In this document: one piece after another, positions 20,341 to 29,133 of the stretch
How positions within the stretch are numbered: the first letter of the stretch is position 1
Layout: each line of letters begins with the position of its first letter
NCBI GenBank assembly: GCA_963797975.1
Contig: CAWCRH010000006.1
Coordinates: forward strand, 347,967 to 411,966
DNA: 64,000 bases
Origin: an uncultured Thermoplasmata archaeon
GTDB taxonomy: Archaea > Thermoplasmatota > Thermoplasmata > Lutacidiplasmatales > UBA184
Direction of reading: 5' to 3'
The notes under the pieces: generated by a model
Seen by the model: only the letters and a program-made list of their open reading frames with translations
The model's database searches: none
Told to the model about the DNA's origin: nothing
Made by a program: the position numbers and the translations under genes

Positions 20341-21145
20341 GAGAGAGCGCCTGAGCTTGCTCCGCGAGCGCGCGGTAGACCTTCGGGTCCCGCTCGACCC
20401 CCACCGCGGAACGGCCGAGCCGTGCCGCTTCCCAAAGCGTCGTGCCGGTACCGGCGAACGGGTCGAGCACCGTGTCCCCGCGAACGCTGAACATGCGGAT
20501 CAGCCGCCGCGGGATCTCCGCCGGGAACGCGCCCGTCCTCGCTCCGTGGTGGCCTTGGCGTTGCCCCCGTACGTCGGTCCACACCTGGCTGAACCACGTG
20601 TCCCGCTCGGCTCGACTCAGCCGGCTCGCAGCGCGTTCGGGGTCGTGGGGAGGAAATCGACGAAGCGCTCCCTTACGGAAGAGCAAGATGAACTCGCAGT
20701 CCAGCGTGACGTAGGCGTTCGGCGGAAGGAACCCGGAGCCCAGGAACGCGTTCGGCTTGTTCGTCGGTTTCTTCCATAGGATGTAGGGGAGCGGCGTGAA
20801 CCCGCTTTGGACCGCGCGCCGCGAGACCTCGGCCTGGTTGGGCCACAGTTGAAAGCTCCCGTCGGTCGAGCGCAGCGCGTCGCCTACGTTGATCGCGAGG
20901 ATCCCCCCAGGAACGAGGACGCGGTAGGCGGCCGACCACGCCGACCCGAGCAGGTCGTGCATGCGGAGGAAATCGGTCGCGCCCTGCTCGCGGAAGGAGG
21001 CATCCCATTGCGCGATCATCGGGTACGGTGGCGACGTGACGATGAGGTGCACGCTCGCGTCAGCGATCGGCCTCAGCGTGCGCGCATCGGCCTTTAGGAC
21101 TCGTACGGGGGTTGAGGACAACGCGGGCACCGGGAATCGGGACAC
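20282..21145 (-). CDS. Orphan beta-class DNA methyltransferase (N4-cytosine or N6-adenine)
   Basis: Motif IV (LIVTSPPYP) is near the N-terminus and motif I (VLDPFAGTGTT) near the C-terminus, which is the beta-class order. No restriction endonuclease gene is adjacent. Confidence 0.8.
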   Translation of the reverse strand: MSRFPVPALSSTPVRVLKADARTLRPIADASVHLIVTSPPYPMIAQWDASFREQGATDFLRMHDLLGSAWSAAYRVLVPGGILAINVGDALRSTDGSFQLWPNQAEVSRRAVQSGFTPLPYILWKKPTNKPNAFLGSGFLPPNAYVTLDCEFILLFRKGALRRFPPHDPERAASRLSRAERDTWFSQVWTDVRGQRQGHHGARTGAFPAEIPRRLIRMFSVRGDTVLDPFAGTGTTLWEAARLGRSAVGVERDPKVYRALAEQAQALSLIPREGARTEGARGRRSRR

Positions 21146-21186
21146 CCTCAGGACAGTTAATACGCGCCTCGCGCTCCGACGGGTCG

Positions 21187-22491
21187 ATGCGGCTCGAACG
21201 TCCGGTTCTCCAGGTCGCGCTCGATTTCGAGAACCTGTCCCGGGCCCTGACCGCGGCCCGGGAGGCCGTCGAAGGCGGCGCGGATTGGGTCGAGGCCGGG
21301 ACCCCGCTCATCAAGAGCGAAGGGCTGGATGCCGTCCGGGAGCTGAAGAAGGCCTTTCCCCAGCACCGGATCGTCGCGGACCTCAAGGTGATGGACACCG
21401 GAGCCTTCGAGGTCGAGATCGCGGCGAAGGCCGGCGCCGACATCGTGACCGTCCTGGGCGCGTCCGACGACGACACGATCGCCGAGGCCGTCCGAGGCGG
21501 GGAGCTCTACGGCGCCGAGATCGTTGTCGACCTACTGAACGTTCCTGACCCGATTGCCCGAGCGCGACGCTCCGCGGAGCTCGGGGCGGCGGCGGTCTGC
21601 TGGCACGTCGGCATCGACATGCAGATGCAGGCGAAGACTCCCTTCGAGCGGCTCGAAGCCCTCGCGCAAGCCTCGCCCATCCCGGTCGCGGTCGCGGGGG
21701 GCCTCAACAGCGAGAGCGTCGCACGCGCGACCCGGGCCGGCGCGCAGATCCTCATCGTCGGCGGGGCGATCACAAAGAGCACGGACATCGTCGCCGCGAC
21801 CCGGGCGATCCGCACGGCCATCGACTCGCGCACGGAGGTCAAGACCGAGCACTTCCGCCGCTACGCTGCGCCCGAGGTCCGTGAGGCGTTCCTCAAGGTA
21901 TCCACTCCTAACCTCACCGACGCGATGCAGCGTCAGGGAGCCCTGCACGGGCTGGTACCCCACCTCAAGGGCCCGAACGTCAAGATGGTCGGTCCCGCCG
22001 TCACGGTCGTCACTCGGGACGGGGACTGGGCCAAGCCCGTCGAGGCGATCGACCGGGCGGGCGTCGGCGATGTGATCGTGATCGATGCGGGCGGAGGGGA
22101 CACCGCCGTGTGGGGCGAGCTCGCGAGCTGGAGCGCCCACGGGCGGGGGATCTCGGGCGTCGTGATCGATGGGGCGGGCCGGGACATCGACGCCGTCCTC
22201 GAGCTCGGGTTCCCCCTCTTCAGCCGGCGGGTGAGCCCGAACGCCGGCGAGCCGAAAGGGCACGGGGAGATCGGCGTGGAGGTCGTGGTCGGTGGTCAGA
22301 AGGTACGCCCGGGCGACTGGGTCGTGGGAGACCTGAGCGGCCTTGTCGTCATCCCTCGCGAACGGGCGCACGAGGTCGCGAACCGGGCGCTGGACGTCCT
22401 CGAGCACGAGAACCGGGTGCGGGAAGAGATCCAGCGCGGCTCCACGCTCGGCCAGGTCCAGAAGCTCGAACGCTGGGAACGCGTCGGCTAA
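21187..22491 (+). CDS. Bifunctional 3-hexulose-6-phosphate synthase (OMPdecase-fold) / RraA-like domain fusion
   Basis: The N-domain reads LQVALDFENLSRALTAAREAVEGGADWVEAGTPLI...IVADLKVMDTG (HPS-like). The C-domain reads VTVVTRDGDWAKPVEAIDRAGVGDVIVIDAGG...WGELASWSAHGRGISGVVIDGAGRD (RraA/DlpA-like). Confidence 0.75.
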   Translation: MRLERPVLQVALDFENLSRALTAAREAVEGGADWVEAGTPLIKSEGLDAVRELKKAFPQHRIVADLKVMDTGAFEVEIAAKAGADIVTVLGASDDDTIAEAVRGGELYGAEIVVDLLNVPDPIARARRSAELGAAAVCWHVGIDMQMQAKTPFERLEALAQASPIPVAVAGGLNSESVARATRAGAQILIVGGAITKSTDIVAATRAIRTAIDSRTEVKTEHFRRYAAPEVREAFLKVSTPNLTDAMQRQGALHGLVPHLKGPNVKMVGPAVTVVTRDGDWAKPVEAIDRAGVGDVIVIDAGGGDTAVWGELASWSAHGRGISGVVIDGAGRDIDAVLELGFPLFSRRVSPNAGEPKGHGEIGVEVVVGGQKVRPGDWVVGDLSGLVVIPRERAHEVANRALDVLEHENRVREEIQRGSTLGQVQKLERWERVG

Positions 22492-22558
22492 AAGAGACCG
22501 TGCTCCCACGCGAAAACTCCATAGGACCAACCGCGGCTACGCCCGCGCGGACTCGGAT

Positions 22559-22633
22559 GCTCCCGTAGTCTAGTCCGGTCAAGGATCCGTGGCCTTCGAC
22601 CACGAAACGCGGGTTCGAATCCCGCCGGGAGCA
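22559..22633 (+). tRNA. tRNA-Glu (anticodon UUC) with an unusual C at position 33
   Basis: Hand-folded cloverleaf. The acceptor stem pairs GCTCCCG with CGGGAGC. The anticodon stem pairs CGTGG with CCACG, with loop CCTTCGA. The T-arm is GCGGG-TTCGAAT-CCCGC, and the discriminator is A. CCA is not fully encoded. Confidence 0.8.
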
Positions 22634-22714
22634 CCCCTCACGGCCTGCCCAATCTCGTCGGAGACGTGGAAAGCTTATCGCCCGCACGTCCCCCTTAAGG
22701 GGCCGGTCCTTTCG

Positions 22715-23464
22715 TTGAAGAACTCCATCAAGAGTAGGCTCCATTCGTCCAGGGCCCCTTCCTTTGGGACGTGGATCTCGTCCTCATCGTTCGTTTGCCT
22801 CGACGCGCTCAAGGGGGTCGGCTTCGAGTGGTTCATGATCGACACGGAGCACGCTCAGGTGAACCCAGAGACCCTGGGTGCGATGATGGCCATCCTGGGG
22901 GATGCCGGTCCCGCTCCGCTCGTCCGAGTCGGTAACGTAGACCAGTACTTGATCAAGCAGGCGCTGGACTCGGGCGCGCACGGGATCCTGGTGCCGCTCG
23001 TGAACACGGAAGCCCAAGCCAAGGCGGCTGTCGCCTTCGCCAAGTACCCTCCCGAAGGAGTGCGGGGGGCCGCCGCGGCCGCTTCCTCCCGCTATGGCAT
23101 CGAGCTCGCGTCCTATCTCCGTAACGCCAACGACGAAACCATGGTCGGGGTCCAGATCGAGGCCCGGGAGGCGTTGGACAATCTTGACGCGATAGCGAGC
23201 GTGAAGGGGGTGGACGTGCTCTTCGTGGGACCGCAGGACCTGACCCTGAGCCTGGGCCTCCTGGACGACCGGACGAATCCCAAGGTGCGAGACGCCATGC
23301 GTCAGGTGGTCGACGCGTGCGAGAGGCACGGGAAGATCCCGGGGACGCTCGTGATAAACCCCGACGAGAAGAAGACGGCCGTCGACCTGGGCTTTAGGTT
23401 CATCTCCCTCGCTTCGGACGTCCGTTTCCTCATCCAAGGCGCGAAGTCCTACCTGGGCAGTTGA
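22715..23464 (+). CDS. HpcH/HpaI family aldolase
   Basis: FGTWISSSSFVCLDALKGVGFEWFMIDTEHA...LVRVGNVDQYLIKQALDSGAHGILVPLV...VQIEAREALDNLDAIASVKGVDVLFVGPQDL fits the family. The track ORF starts at a GTG inside the tRNA (22589). I prefer the TTG at 22715 (MKNSIKSRL...). Confidence 0.75.
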   Translation: MKNSIKSRLHSSRAPSFGTWISSSSFVCLDALKGVGFEWFMIDTEHAQVNPETLGAMMAILGDAGPAPLVRVGNVDQYLIKQALDSGAHGILVPLVNTEAQAKAAVAFAKYPPEGVRGAAAAASSRYGIELASYLRNANDETMVGVQIEAREALDNLDAIASVKGVDVLFVGPQDLTLSLGLLDDRTNPKVRDAMRQVVDACERHGKIPGTLVINPDEKKTAVDLGFRFISLASDVRFLIQGAKSYLGS

Positions 23465-23563
23465 GACACGACGGGCTGAGAGACCATTTCAAATCCCGCC
23501 GCTGTCACTCACCTTACGACGGTCACAGGATGACGGGCGGCATCGAGAGCGGAGGCTCGGAAG

Positions 23564-25753
23564 CTACGAGGGGACCCGGTCCCGGCCTTGCGGGAGGCTC
23601 TCAATGAGGTCGACCTCTCGTTGACTGCCGCTGGACACCGTCGCCTCGCCGGCCCGCGTGACGAGGGTGAGCGGAGCAGGGCCGGACCATTGGACCACGA
23701 GCCGGCGGGGGGACCACTCGAGGTCGACCGAGCCCGCGCCCAGCGTGAGCTGGCCGATCGACGCCGAGGTCCAGGTCGCTGGGAACTGCGGACGCACCTC
23801 GAGCCGGGCCCGTTGCGCGTCGACGCGAAGTCCCCACAGACGTTCGAACAGCACGGTGAGGAAGGGCGCCACGCTTAATCCGAGGAGGAAGCAAGAATCG
23901 AACGGCTCCGGTTGGTCCCCTCGATAGCACTCGTTCGCGAATCCGCCCTCTTCCTCGATGCGGCAGGCGATGCACTCAAGATAGGAAACGCCGATCTCGG
24001 GCTCGTTTGCGGCGAACGCGGCATCCGCCGCCCAGGCGGTGGCGATCGTCCACACCTGCCCATCGTGGTAGGCGTGCGGGTCGTACGTGGGATGATGGTC
24101 GGAGAGCGTGCGAACACCCCAATGGGTCGTGAGGTCTTCCCGCGCGGCGCGCTGAACGACCGATCGGGCGAACGCCGTGTCGAACCATCCGGCGCTTACC
24201 GCACGCAAGGCGTTCGGTCGCACCTTGCGCACGGGTCCATCAGAGTCGATGGAGTCGAAGAGATACTCTTCGTCGGTCCATGGATACAAGCGACGGACCG
24301 AGTCCGCCACCTGCCCCGCCATCGCTGTCCATCGAGTCGAGCGGGGGTCGCTCGTTCCTGTAGACAAGAGTCGGGCTCCCGCGAGCAGCGCCTCGTGCCA
24401 AAGGACTTGGAGGTCGATGGCGTGGTCCCGCCGATCGGTGGAATCCCATATCGTCGTGTCCGGCGCGTTGATACCATAGCGCACGGAGGCGAGCGAGGAA
24501 CGGACCGCACCGATCGACTGAGCCTCCCCCCCATTGTGAAGGAGTCCCGTTTGGGGGTCAGTGCGCGCCTCGCCCCAACCGACGATCTGTTCGACCACCC
24601 GGGACCAGACTTCCGCTACGGCCGGGCGCGTCGAATGGCGGACGAATCGTTCGATGAGACCGGGGTAGTACAGGGTGGTGTCCGAGGTTCCGTAGAGGAA
24701 GATCGGGCCGGGCGAGATCTGCATCGGGAGCTCGCCCGGGGTTGCTCCGAGGATGGGAACGTGGGCGTGGGACTGGAAGCGGAAGACGGAAGTGAGCGAC
24801 CGCTCGGCCCAGTCGACGTCGCCCAGCCAGAGCACCGCAGGGAGCATCCACGCCAGGTCCCGGCACCATATCGCCGAGTACCAAGGGTAGCCTGCTACGA
24901 GCCCGAACAGCCCGTCTCCCGGTGCGGTGTACAGCCGTCGGAGCGACGCCCGTGCGAGGGGGTACGCACGATCGAGCTCCGGCGCGTCGGGAAACCGAAG
25001 TACGGGCGTTCGCGCGGTCCACGCCGCCTCCGCTGTCCCGAGACCGCTGGCCGCCGATCGAGGATCTCGGAGCGCTGGCTCGACGGCGGTCCCTCGCCCG
25101 AGCTCTCGCTCGAGCCCACCATGAACGAGGAATGTGATCTCCGCCGTCGAGCCCGGAGGAACCCGAAGCTCGTGCTCCGAGGCGACCTCTTCGATCTGGC
25201 CCTCGAAACGGCCCCCGCGCCACGACCCGCGGTTGAGGTAGAGTCGAGTCGGGAGGACGGTCGACCGGAACGATAGCCCGAACTCCCGCTGGCGGAGGTG
25301 AAGCTCCTCGCCTCGCGTCTCGGCGTGGTAGCGTATCGGTCGGATGCCCTCGATCAGGACCGGTAGGAGATACGGCGACCAATGGCTCGCGATTACCAAG
25401 GGTAATGGTAGCTCTTCCGAGGTGCTCACACGCAGCGTGCGTATCACGCCGGGAGGGTCGGAGAGGGCGGCGACGACCTGCTCCACTTCGAGCGTTCGCC
25501 AACGATGTAGGCTATGCCAGACGCCCGCCGTCGACCCAGAGGAAACCTGAGTCGTAGGCAGTCCGCTAACAGAATCTCCCGCGATGAGGGAGAGCCGCCA
25601 GGGCCCTGTGAGGCGCACGAGCTGCCCATAGACCCCGCCCCAATCGACCGGCGTCCCCCGGGTTTCTCGCATCAGCTCGATGTCACCACGGCCGTCCAGA
25701 AGAGCCGCGGAGGTGAGGCTCGTCAGCAAGACGGGCTGCCCCTTTGCCGTCAT
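23564..25753 (-). CDS. Amylo-alpha-1,6-glucosidase / glycogen-debranching-enzyme-like (GDE_C, six-hairpin glycosidase) protein
   Basis: It has the conserved blocks YPWYSAIWCRDLAWMLPAVLW, YGTSDTTLYYP and AYHDGQVWTIATAWAA. The ATG at 25751-25753 forms an ATGA overlap with the stop of the upstream 160-aa ORF. The track ORF extends to 25948. Confidence 0.7.
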   Translation of the reverse strand: MTAKGQPVLLTSLTSAALLDGRGDIELMRETRGTPVDWGGVYGQLVRLTGPWRLSLIAGDSVSGLPTTQVSSGSTAGVWHSLHRWRTLEVEQVVAALSDPPGVIRTLRVSTSEELPLPLVIASHWSPYLLPVLIEGIRPIRYHAETRGEELHLRQREFGLSFRSTVLPTRLYLNRGSWRGGRFEGQIEEVASEHELRVPPGSTAEITFLVHGGLERELGRGTAVEPALRDPRSAASGLGTAEAAWTARTPVLRFPDAPELDRAYPLARASLRRLYTAPGDGLFGLVAGYPWYSAIWCRDLAWMLPAVLWLGDVDWAERSLTSVFRFQSHAHVPILGATPGELPMQISPGPIFLYGTSDTTLYYPGLIERFVRHSTRPAVAEVWSRVVEQIVGWGEARTDPQTGLLHNGGEAQSIGAVRSSLASVRYGINAPDTTIWDSTDRRDHAIDLQVLWHEALLAGARLLSTGTSDPRSTRWTAMAGQVADSVRRLYPWTDEEYLFDSIDSDGPVRKVRPNALRAVSAGWFDTAFARSVVQRAAREDLTTHWGVRTLSDHHPTYDPHAYHDGQVWTIATAWAADAAFAANEPEIGVSYLECIACRIEEEGGFANECYRGDQPEPFDSCFLLGLSVAPFLTVLFERLWGLRVDAQRARLEVRPQFPATWTSASIGQLTLGAGSVDLEWSPRRLVVQWSGPAPLTLVTRAGEATVSSGSQREVDLIESLPQGRDRVPS

Positions 25754-26232
25754 GCCACGTTCTCCCCGCGCAGGGTATCCGTGAACTCGAGCCACACGAG
25801 AGGCGGGATCGCCGTCGACTGCAGCTCGAGACGGACCGTGAGCTCCTTCGCTTCCGCCGGCGGAGCCCCGTCCACCGCGATCTCCGTCGGATCGCCGGGG
25901 CGTAGCTCGAGAGGTCTCTCTCCGCAGAGGTCCGCCAGCACGCGCCACGGAAGGCCGGGACCCCCGCGCACGCGCGCCCGCCCCGCGGGCACCTCCGCTC
26001 CGTTGACGGACAGTCGGAGCGACGAAAAGGCACCGGTGCGCAGCGGCGGGTTGTTCAACCGGAAGCTGAGGCCACGTGAGGTCCGCACGAGCGAACCGTG
26101 TTCATAGACCGACTCCTCAACCATCTCCGCGACCGAGAGCAGCGCTTCGAGCGAATGGGTACCGAACTCCTTCTCGACCGAGAGCCCCTGCCGAAGGAGC
26201 GAGAGCAGCGAGCCGAACCTTCGGTCGCTCAC
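25750..26232 (-). CDS. Hypothetical protein co-transcribed with the debranching-like enzyme
   Basis: 160-aa ORF translationally coupled (ATGA) to the downstream gene. No family was recognised. Confidence 0.45.
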   Translation of the reverse strand: MSDRRFGSLLSLLRQGLSVEKEFGTHSLEALLSVAEMVEESVYEHGSLVRTSRGLSFRLNNPPLRTGAFSSLRLSVNGAEVPAGRARVRGGPGLPWRVLADLCGERPLELRPGDPTEIAVDGAPPAEAKELTVRLELQSTAIPPLVWLEFTDTLRGENVA

Positions 26233-26511
26233 GAAGTAGGGACGGTGCCGTAGACCATTATGCGTTCGGAGACGGATGCCGGCCGCGCCCGCGGGCAGGA
26301 AAGCGCGACGCTAAAAGGCTCCTCGGGACCGCCGAACCCACCCCGGCCCTCCCTAGGCTGACCGAACGGAGCAAGCGAGCCGTAGCGGCTCAAATAACCG
26401 GGTCTGCTGGCAACCCCGAGGATGGGCGGACCTACCGCAGACCCCGGCGTGACCGGCCCGCGCCATGAAGAGCTGGCGCCGACCCCGCCTCCGCCGCCCG
26501 CCGGGCCTCGT

Positions 26512-27399
26512 ATGGCTCCCTTCGACGTTACGCTGCTCGCGGTCTTGGGCTTGCTCTGGGGCTCGGCCTATGTATTCATCAAGGAGGGGATCGAACTCGG
26601 GGCCTCCCCGCTCCTCTTCGCTTCCGTTCGCTATGGGCTATCGGCCGCTGCATTCGCCGCGATCGCAATCGTCCGCAAGGAATCGCTGCCGAGCGGGCGG
26701 ACCCTCGCTATCTCGGCGGCCATCGGGGGAATCCTTTTCATCGGTCTTTATGGCGGATTCCTCTACTGGGGAGAGCAGTACACCACAGGGGGATACGCCG
26801 CCGTCCTCTCGACCACCGGCCCCATCCTGACGGTGGTCGTTGCCTTCTTCCTGCTCCCCGCCGAGCGGTTCGGTCGACTCTCTCTGATCGGATTGGCCGT
26901 CGGCGTCGTCGGGGTGGTGACCCTGGTCGCGCCTGAGCTCGCCGGAGGGGTGGGAACGAGCTGGCAGGGACCCGTGTTCATCGTCGCCGCGTTCCTCGCC
27001 GCCGCGTTCGGGACGGTCCTGCTGCGCCGGTTTGGAGGAGGTCGCCAGGGCCTTTGGCAGATCGGCTCGCAGTTCGCCATGGGCGGCCTCCTGTTGGGCG
27101 TCGCCGCGCTGGTACTTCCGTTTCCCGAAGCGCTTCCGTCCATCCCCGGCATCTGGGCCTCCCTCGCGTCGCTGGTGGTCTTCTCCTCGGTCATCGGATA
27201 CTTCATCTATTTCACCCTCCACCACCGGGTCGGACCGGTCCGGGCGAACATCGTCGCATATCTGATCCCACTCGCCGGGATCGGGATCGGAACCGGGTTC
27301 TTCGGGGAACCCATCAGCGTCTGGGAGGTGGTCGGTTTCTTTGTGGTGATCTTGGGCGTGACCCTCATCATATTGGAATCGTCCCGGTCGCGACGGTAA
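26512..27399 (+). CDS. EamA/DMT-superfamily transporter
   Basis: About 10 hydrophobic helices. The N-terminus is MAPFDVTLLAVLGLLWGSAYVFIKEG, and a two-fold repeat architecture is visible. The ATG at 26512 lies inside the track ORF. Confidence 0.75.
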   Translation: MAPFDVTLLAVLGLLWGSAYVFIKEGIELGASPLLFASVRYGLSAAAFAAIAIVRKESLPSGRTLAISAAIGGILFIGLYGGFLYWGEQYTTGGYAAVLSTTGPILTVVVAFFLLPAERFGRLSLIGLAVGVVGVVTLVAPELAGGVGTSWQGPVFIVAAFLAAAFGTVLLRRFGGGRQGLWQIGSQFAMGGLLLGVAALVLPFPEALPSIPGIWASLASLVVFSSVIGYFIYFTLHHRVGPVRANIVAYLIPLAGIGIGTGFFGEPISVWEVVGFFVVILGVTLIILESSRSRR

Positions 27400-27523
27400 G
27401 AGGGCCAGCGTTCCATGGGGGTCGCCCAGGATCCGCGCTCACCTCATCGGCAGACGCCCAAGCACGGCCCAGGCCGGGTCGACAGCCTATATCGAACTTC
27501 GATGATGGGGTTCGCGCGAGGTC

Positions 27524-27976
27524 ATGACGGCGGCAGCGAGGGTTGTTCGTCAAGACGAGCCGGTGCGTCTGCGGCGCTACGACCCCAACGATTTCGTCGC
27601 GGTCCGGCGCCTCTGGAAGGCGAGCGGGCTGGAGCTCGGTCCCTCCGACACCCGCCGGGAAATCGTCCGATCGCTGGGACGGGACCCCGACCTGTTTCTG
27701 GTCGCGGAGGAAGGAGACCAGGTGATCGGTACCGTCCTGGGGCGCTTTGACGGCCGGCGAGGATGGGTCCACCGTCTCGCGGTGGACCCGCGAGCGCGCT
27801 CGCGAGGTGTAGGCTCCGCACTCATGCGCGAGGTGGAGCGGCGTCTTCGGGCGAAACGGTGCCGAAAGGTGAACCTCCACGTGGCCCTGAACAACCGAGG
27901 CGTCTGTGCGTTCTATGAGAAGCTCGGCTACGACCGGGCGGATATCATCTTCATGGAGAAGTGGCTTCGGGACTGA
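27524..27976 (+). CDS. GNAT family N-acetyltransferase
   Basis: 150-aa ORF with the acetyl-CoA motif HRLAVDPRARSRGVGSALM and C-terminal FYEKLGY. Confidence 0.8.
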   Translation: MTAAARVVRQDEPVRLRRYDPNDFVAVRRLWKASGLELGPSDTRREIVRSLGRDPDLFLVAEEGDQVIGTVLGRFDGRRGWVHRLAVDPRARSRGVGSALMREVERRLRAKRCRKVNLHVALNNRGVCAFYEKLGYDRADIIFMEKWLRD

Positions 27977-28119
27977 TCGGGTCCATCGTAGGCTCGATCT
28001 CCCCGCATCGCGCGACCGGTCGCGGATCCCGAGCTCGCGCATCCCCTTCGTGACTCCGGTCGCTTCCCGCGGTCTCAGGACGAACAGCTATTGTTCCAAC
28101 CGCACTCTTCCTCGGTCCG

Positions 28120-28623
28120 ATGAAGGCCTTTCAGGACTACTATCCGGACGACCTTGCCTACTGCTTCGGTTGCGGTCGGTTGAACGAACAGGGCCATCAT
28201 CTTCGAAGCTTCTGGGTGGGCGACACCACCGAGGCCCGGTTCACGCCCAAGGAGTATCACATCGCGATCCCCGGATGGGTGAACGGAGGGCTGATCGCCT
28301 CTCTGGTCGACTGCCATGGGACGGGAACCGCCGCGGCGGCGGCGTATCGCGCCGAAGGTCGTGAACTGGATACTCTACCGTCTCACCGCTTCGTCACGGC
28401 CTCCCTTCGAGTGGACTACCTGCGGCCGACGCCGCTCGGGCCGGAGCTCCTCCTGCGGGGCCAGGTGCGCTCGGTGGTCGGACGCAAGGTGGTGGTCGAC
28501 ATCACGGTGTCCGTGGGCGGCGAGGTCACCGCGCGCGGCGAGGTCGTCGCCGTCGAGATGCCCGAATCGATGCGGACGAAGGCGTCCTCGCACGGAGGCG
28601 CGAGCGGTCTCGCTCGCTCGTGA
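28120..28623 (+). CDS. PaaI/hotdog-fold thioesterase family protein
   Basis: 167-aa ORF. NGGLIASLVDCHGTGTAAA...ASLRVDYLRPTPLG...GRKVVVDITV fits the PaaI hotdog pattern. Confidence 0.65.
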   Translation: MKAFQDYYPDDLAYCFGCGRLNEQGHHLRSFWVGDTTEARFTPKEYHIAIPGWVNGGLIASLVDCHGTGTAAAAAYRAEGRELDTLPSHRFVTASLRVDYLRPTPLGPELLLRGQVRSVVGRKVVVDITVSVGGEVTARGEVVAVEMPESMRTKASSHGGASGLARS

Positions 28624-28637
28624 CGCCCGCGGCCGGC

Positions 28638-29027
28638 CTATCTCTTGCCGGGCTGCCAAAGCCCGATGACGTTCCCCTCGGTGTCACGGAAGTAGGCGGT
28701 GAATCCCATCGTTCCGTCGCCGATCGGTTGCTTCTTTTGGATGACTTTTCCGCCGTTCTTCGCGATCTCCTTCTCCGCGGCCGCTATCTCATCGACGTGG
28801 ATCGTGATTACCGGGTGCTCGAGGGGCCCTCCCCTCTTCCCCATCCCACCGTTGATCGTCCCGGGTTCTGTCGGCATTCCGTCCTTGTCGGCGGGGGCGG
28901 TCCCGATCATCGTGTAGTTGAACTCTGGCATCGGCATCAACTTCCAGCCGAAGGTCTTCTGATAGAACTTGCCCGCTCGTTCGACGTCGTCGGCCGGTAC
29001 CTCAAAGTGTACGACTGCTCCGCTCAT
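28638..29027 (-). CDS. VOC (glyoxalase/bleomycin-resistance fold) family protein
   Basis: MSGAVVHFEVPADDVERAGKFYQKTFGW...GFTAYFRDTEGNVIGLWQ. The ATG at 29025-29027 lies inside the longer track ORF. Confidence 0.75.
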   Translation of the reverse strand: MSGAVVHFEVPADDVERAGKFYQKTFGWKLMPMPEFNYTMIGTAPADKDGMPTEPGTINGGMGKRGGPLEHPVITIHVDEIAAAEKEIAKNGGKVIQKKQPIGDGTMGFTAYFRDTEGNVIGLWQPGKR

Positions 29028-29133
29028 GGCTCCCTCGGCCCTCCTACTGACGCTTAGGATAAAGACGCACGGTGAGGTCATGAAACGCTCCAGCGTTGCC
29101 GTGCGCGGCGGCGCTCCCCGGCCGGGCCCGTGC

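Noticed and set aside
23488-23501. TTCAAATCCCGCCG, resembling the T-arm and acceptor part of tRNA-Glu (TTCGAATCCCGCCG at 22614-22627) just after the aldolase gene; possible att remnant
   Set aside because: Only 10 nt match exactly. The bracketed 0.85 kb holds a single ordinary aldolase gene with no mobile functions. A match this short is plausible by chance in GC-rich DNA.
28011-28024. 14-bp perfect palindrome CGCGACCGGTCGCG, along with the similar CCGACCCGGGTCGG at 15145-15158
   Set aside because: Perfect GC-rich palindromes of this length are expected several times per 64 kb by chance. This one has no loop for a terminator hairpin and no obvious associated regulator. The 15145 copy is mentioned only as context for the T4SS-like operon.
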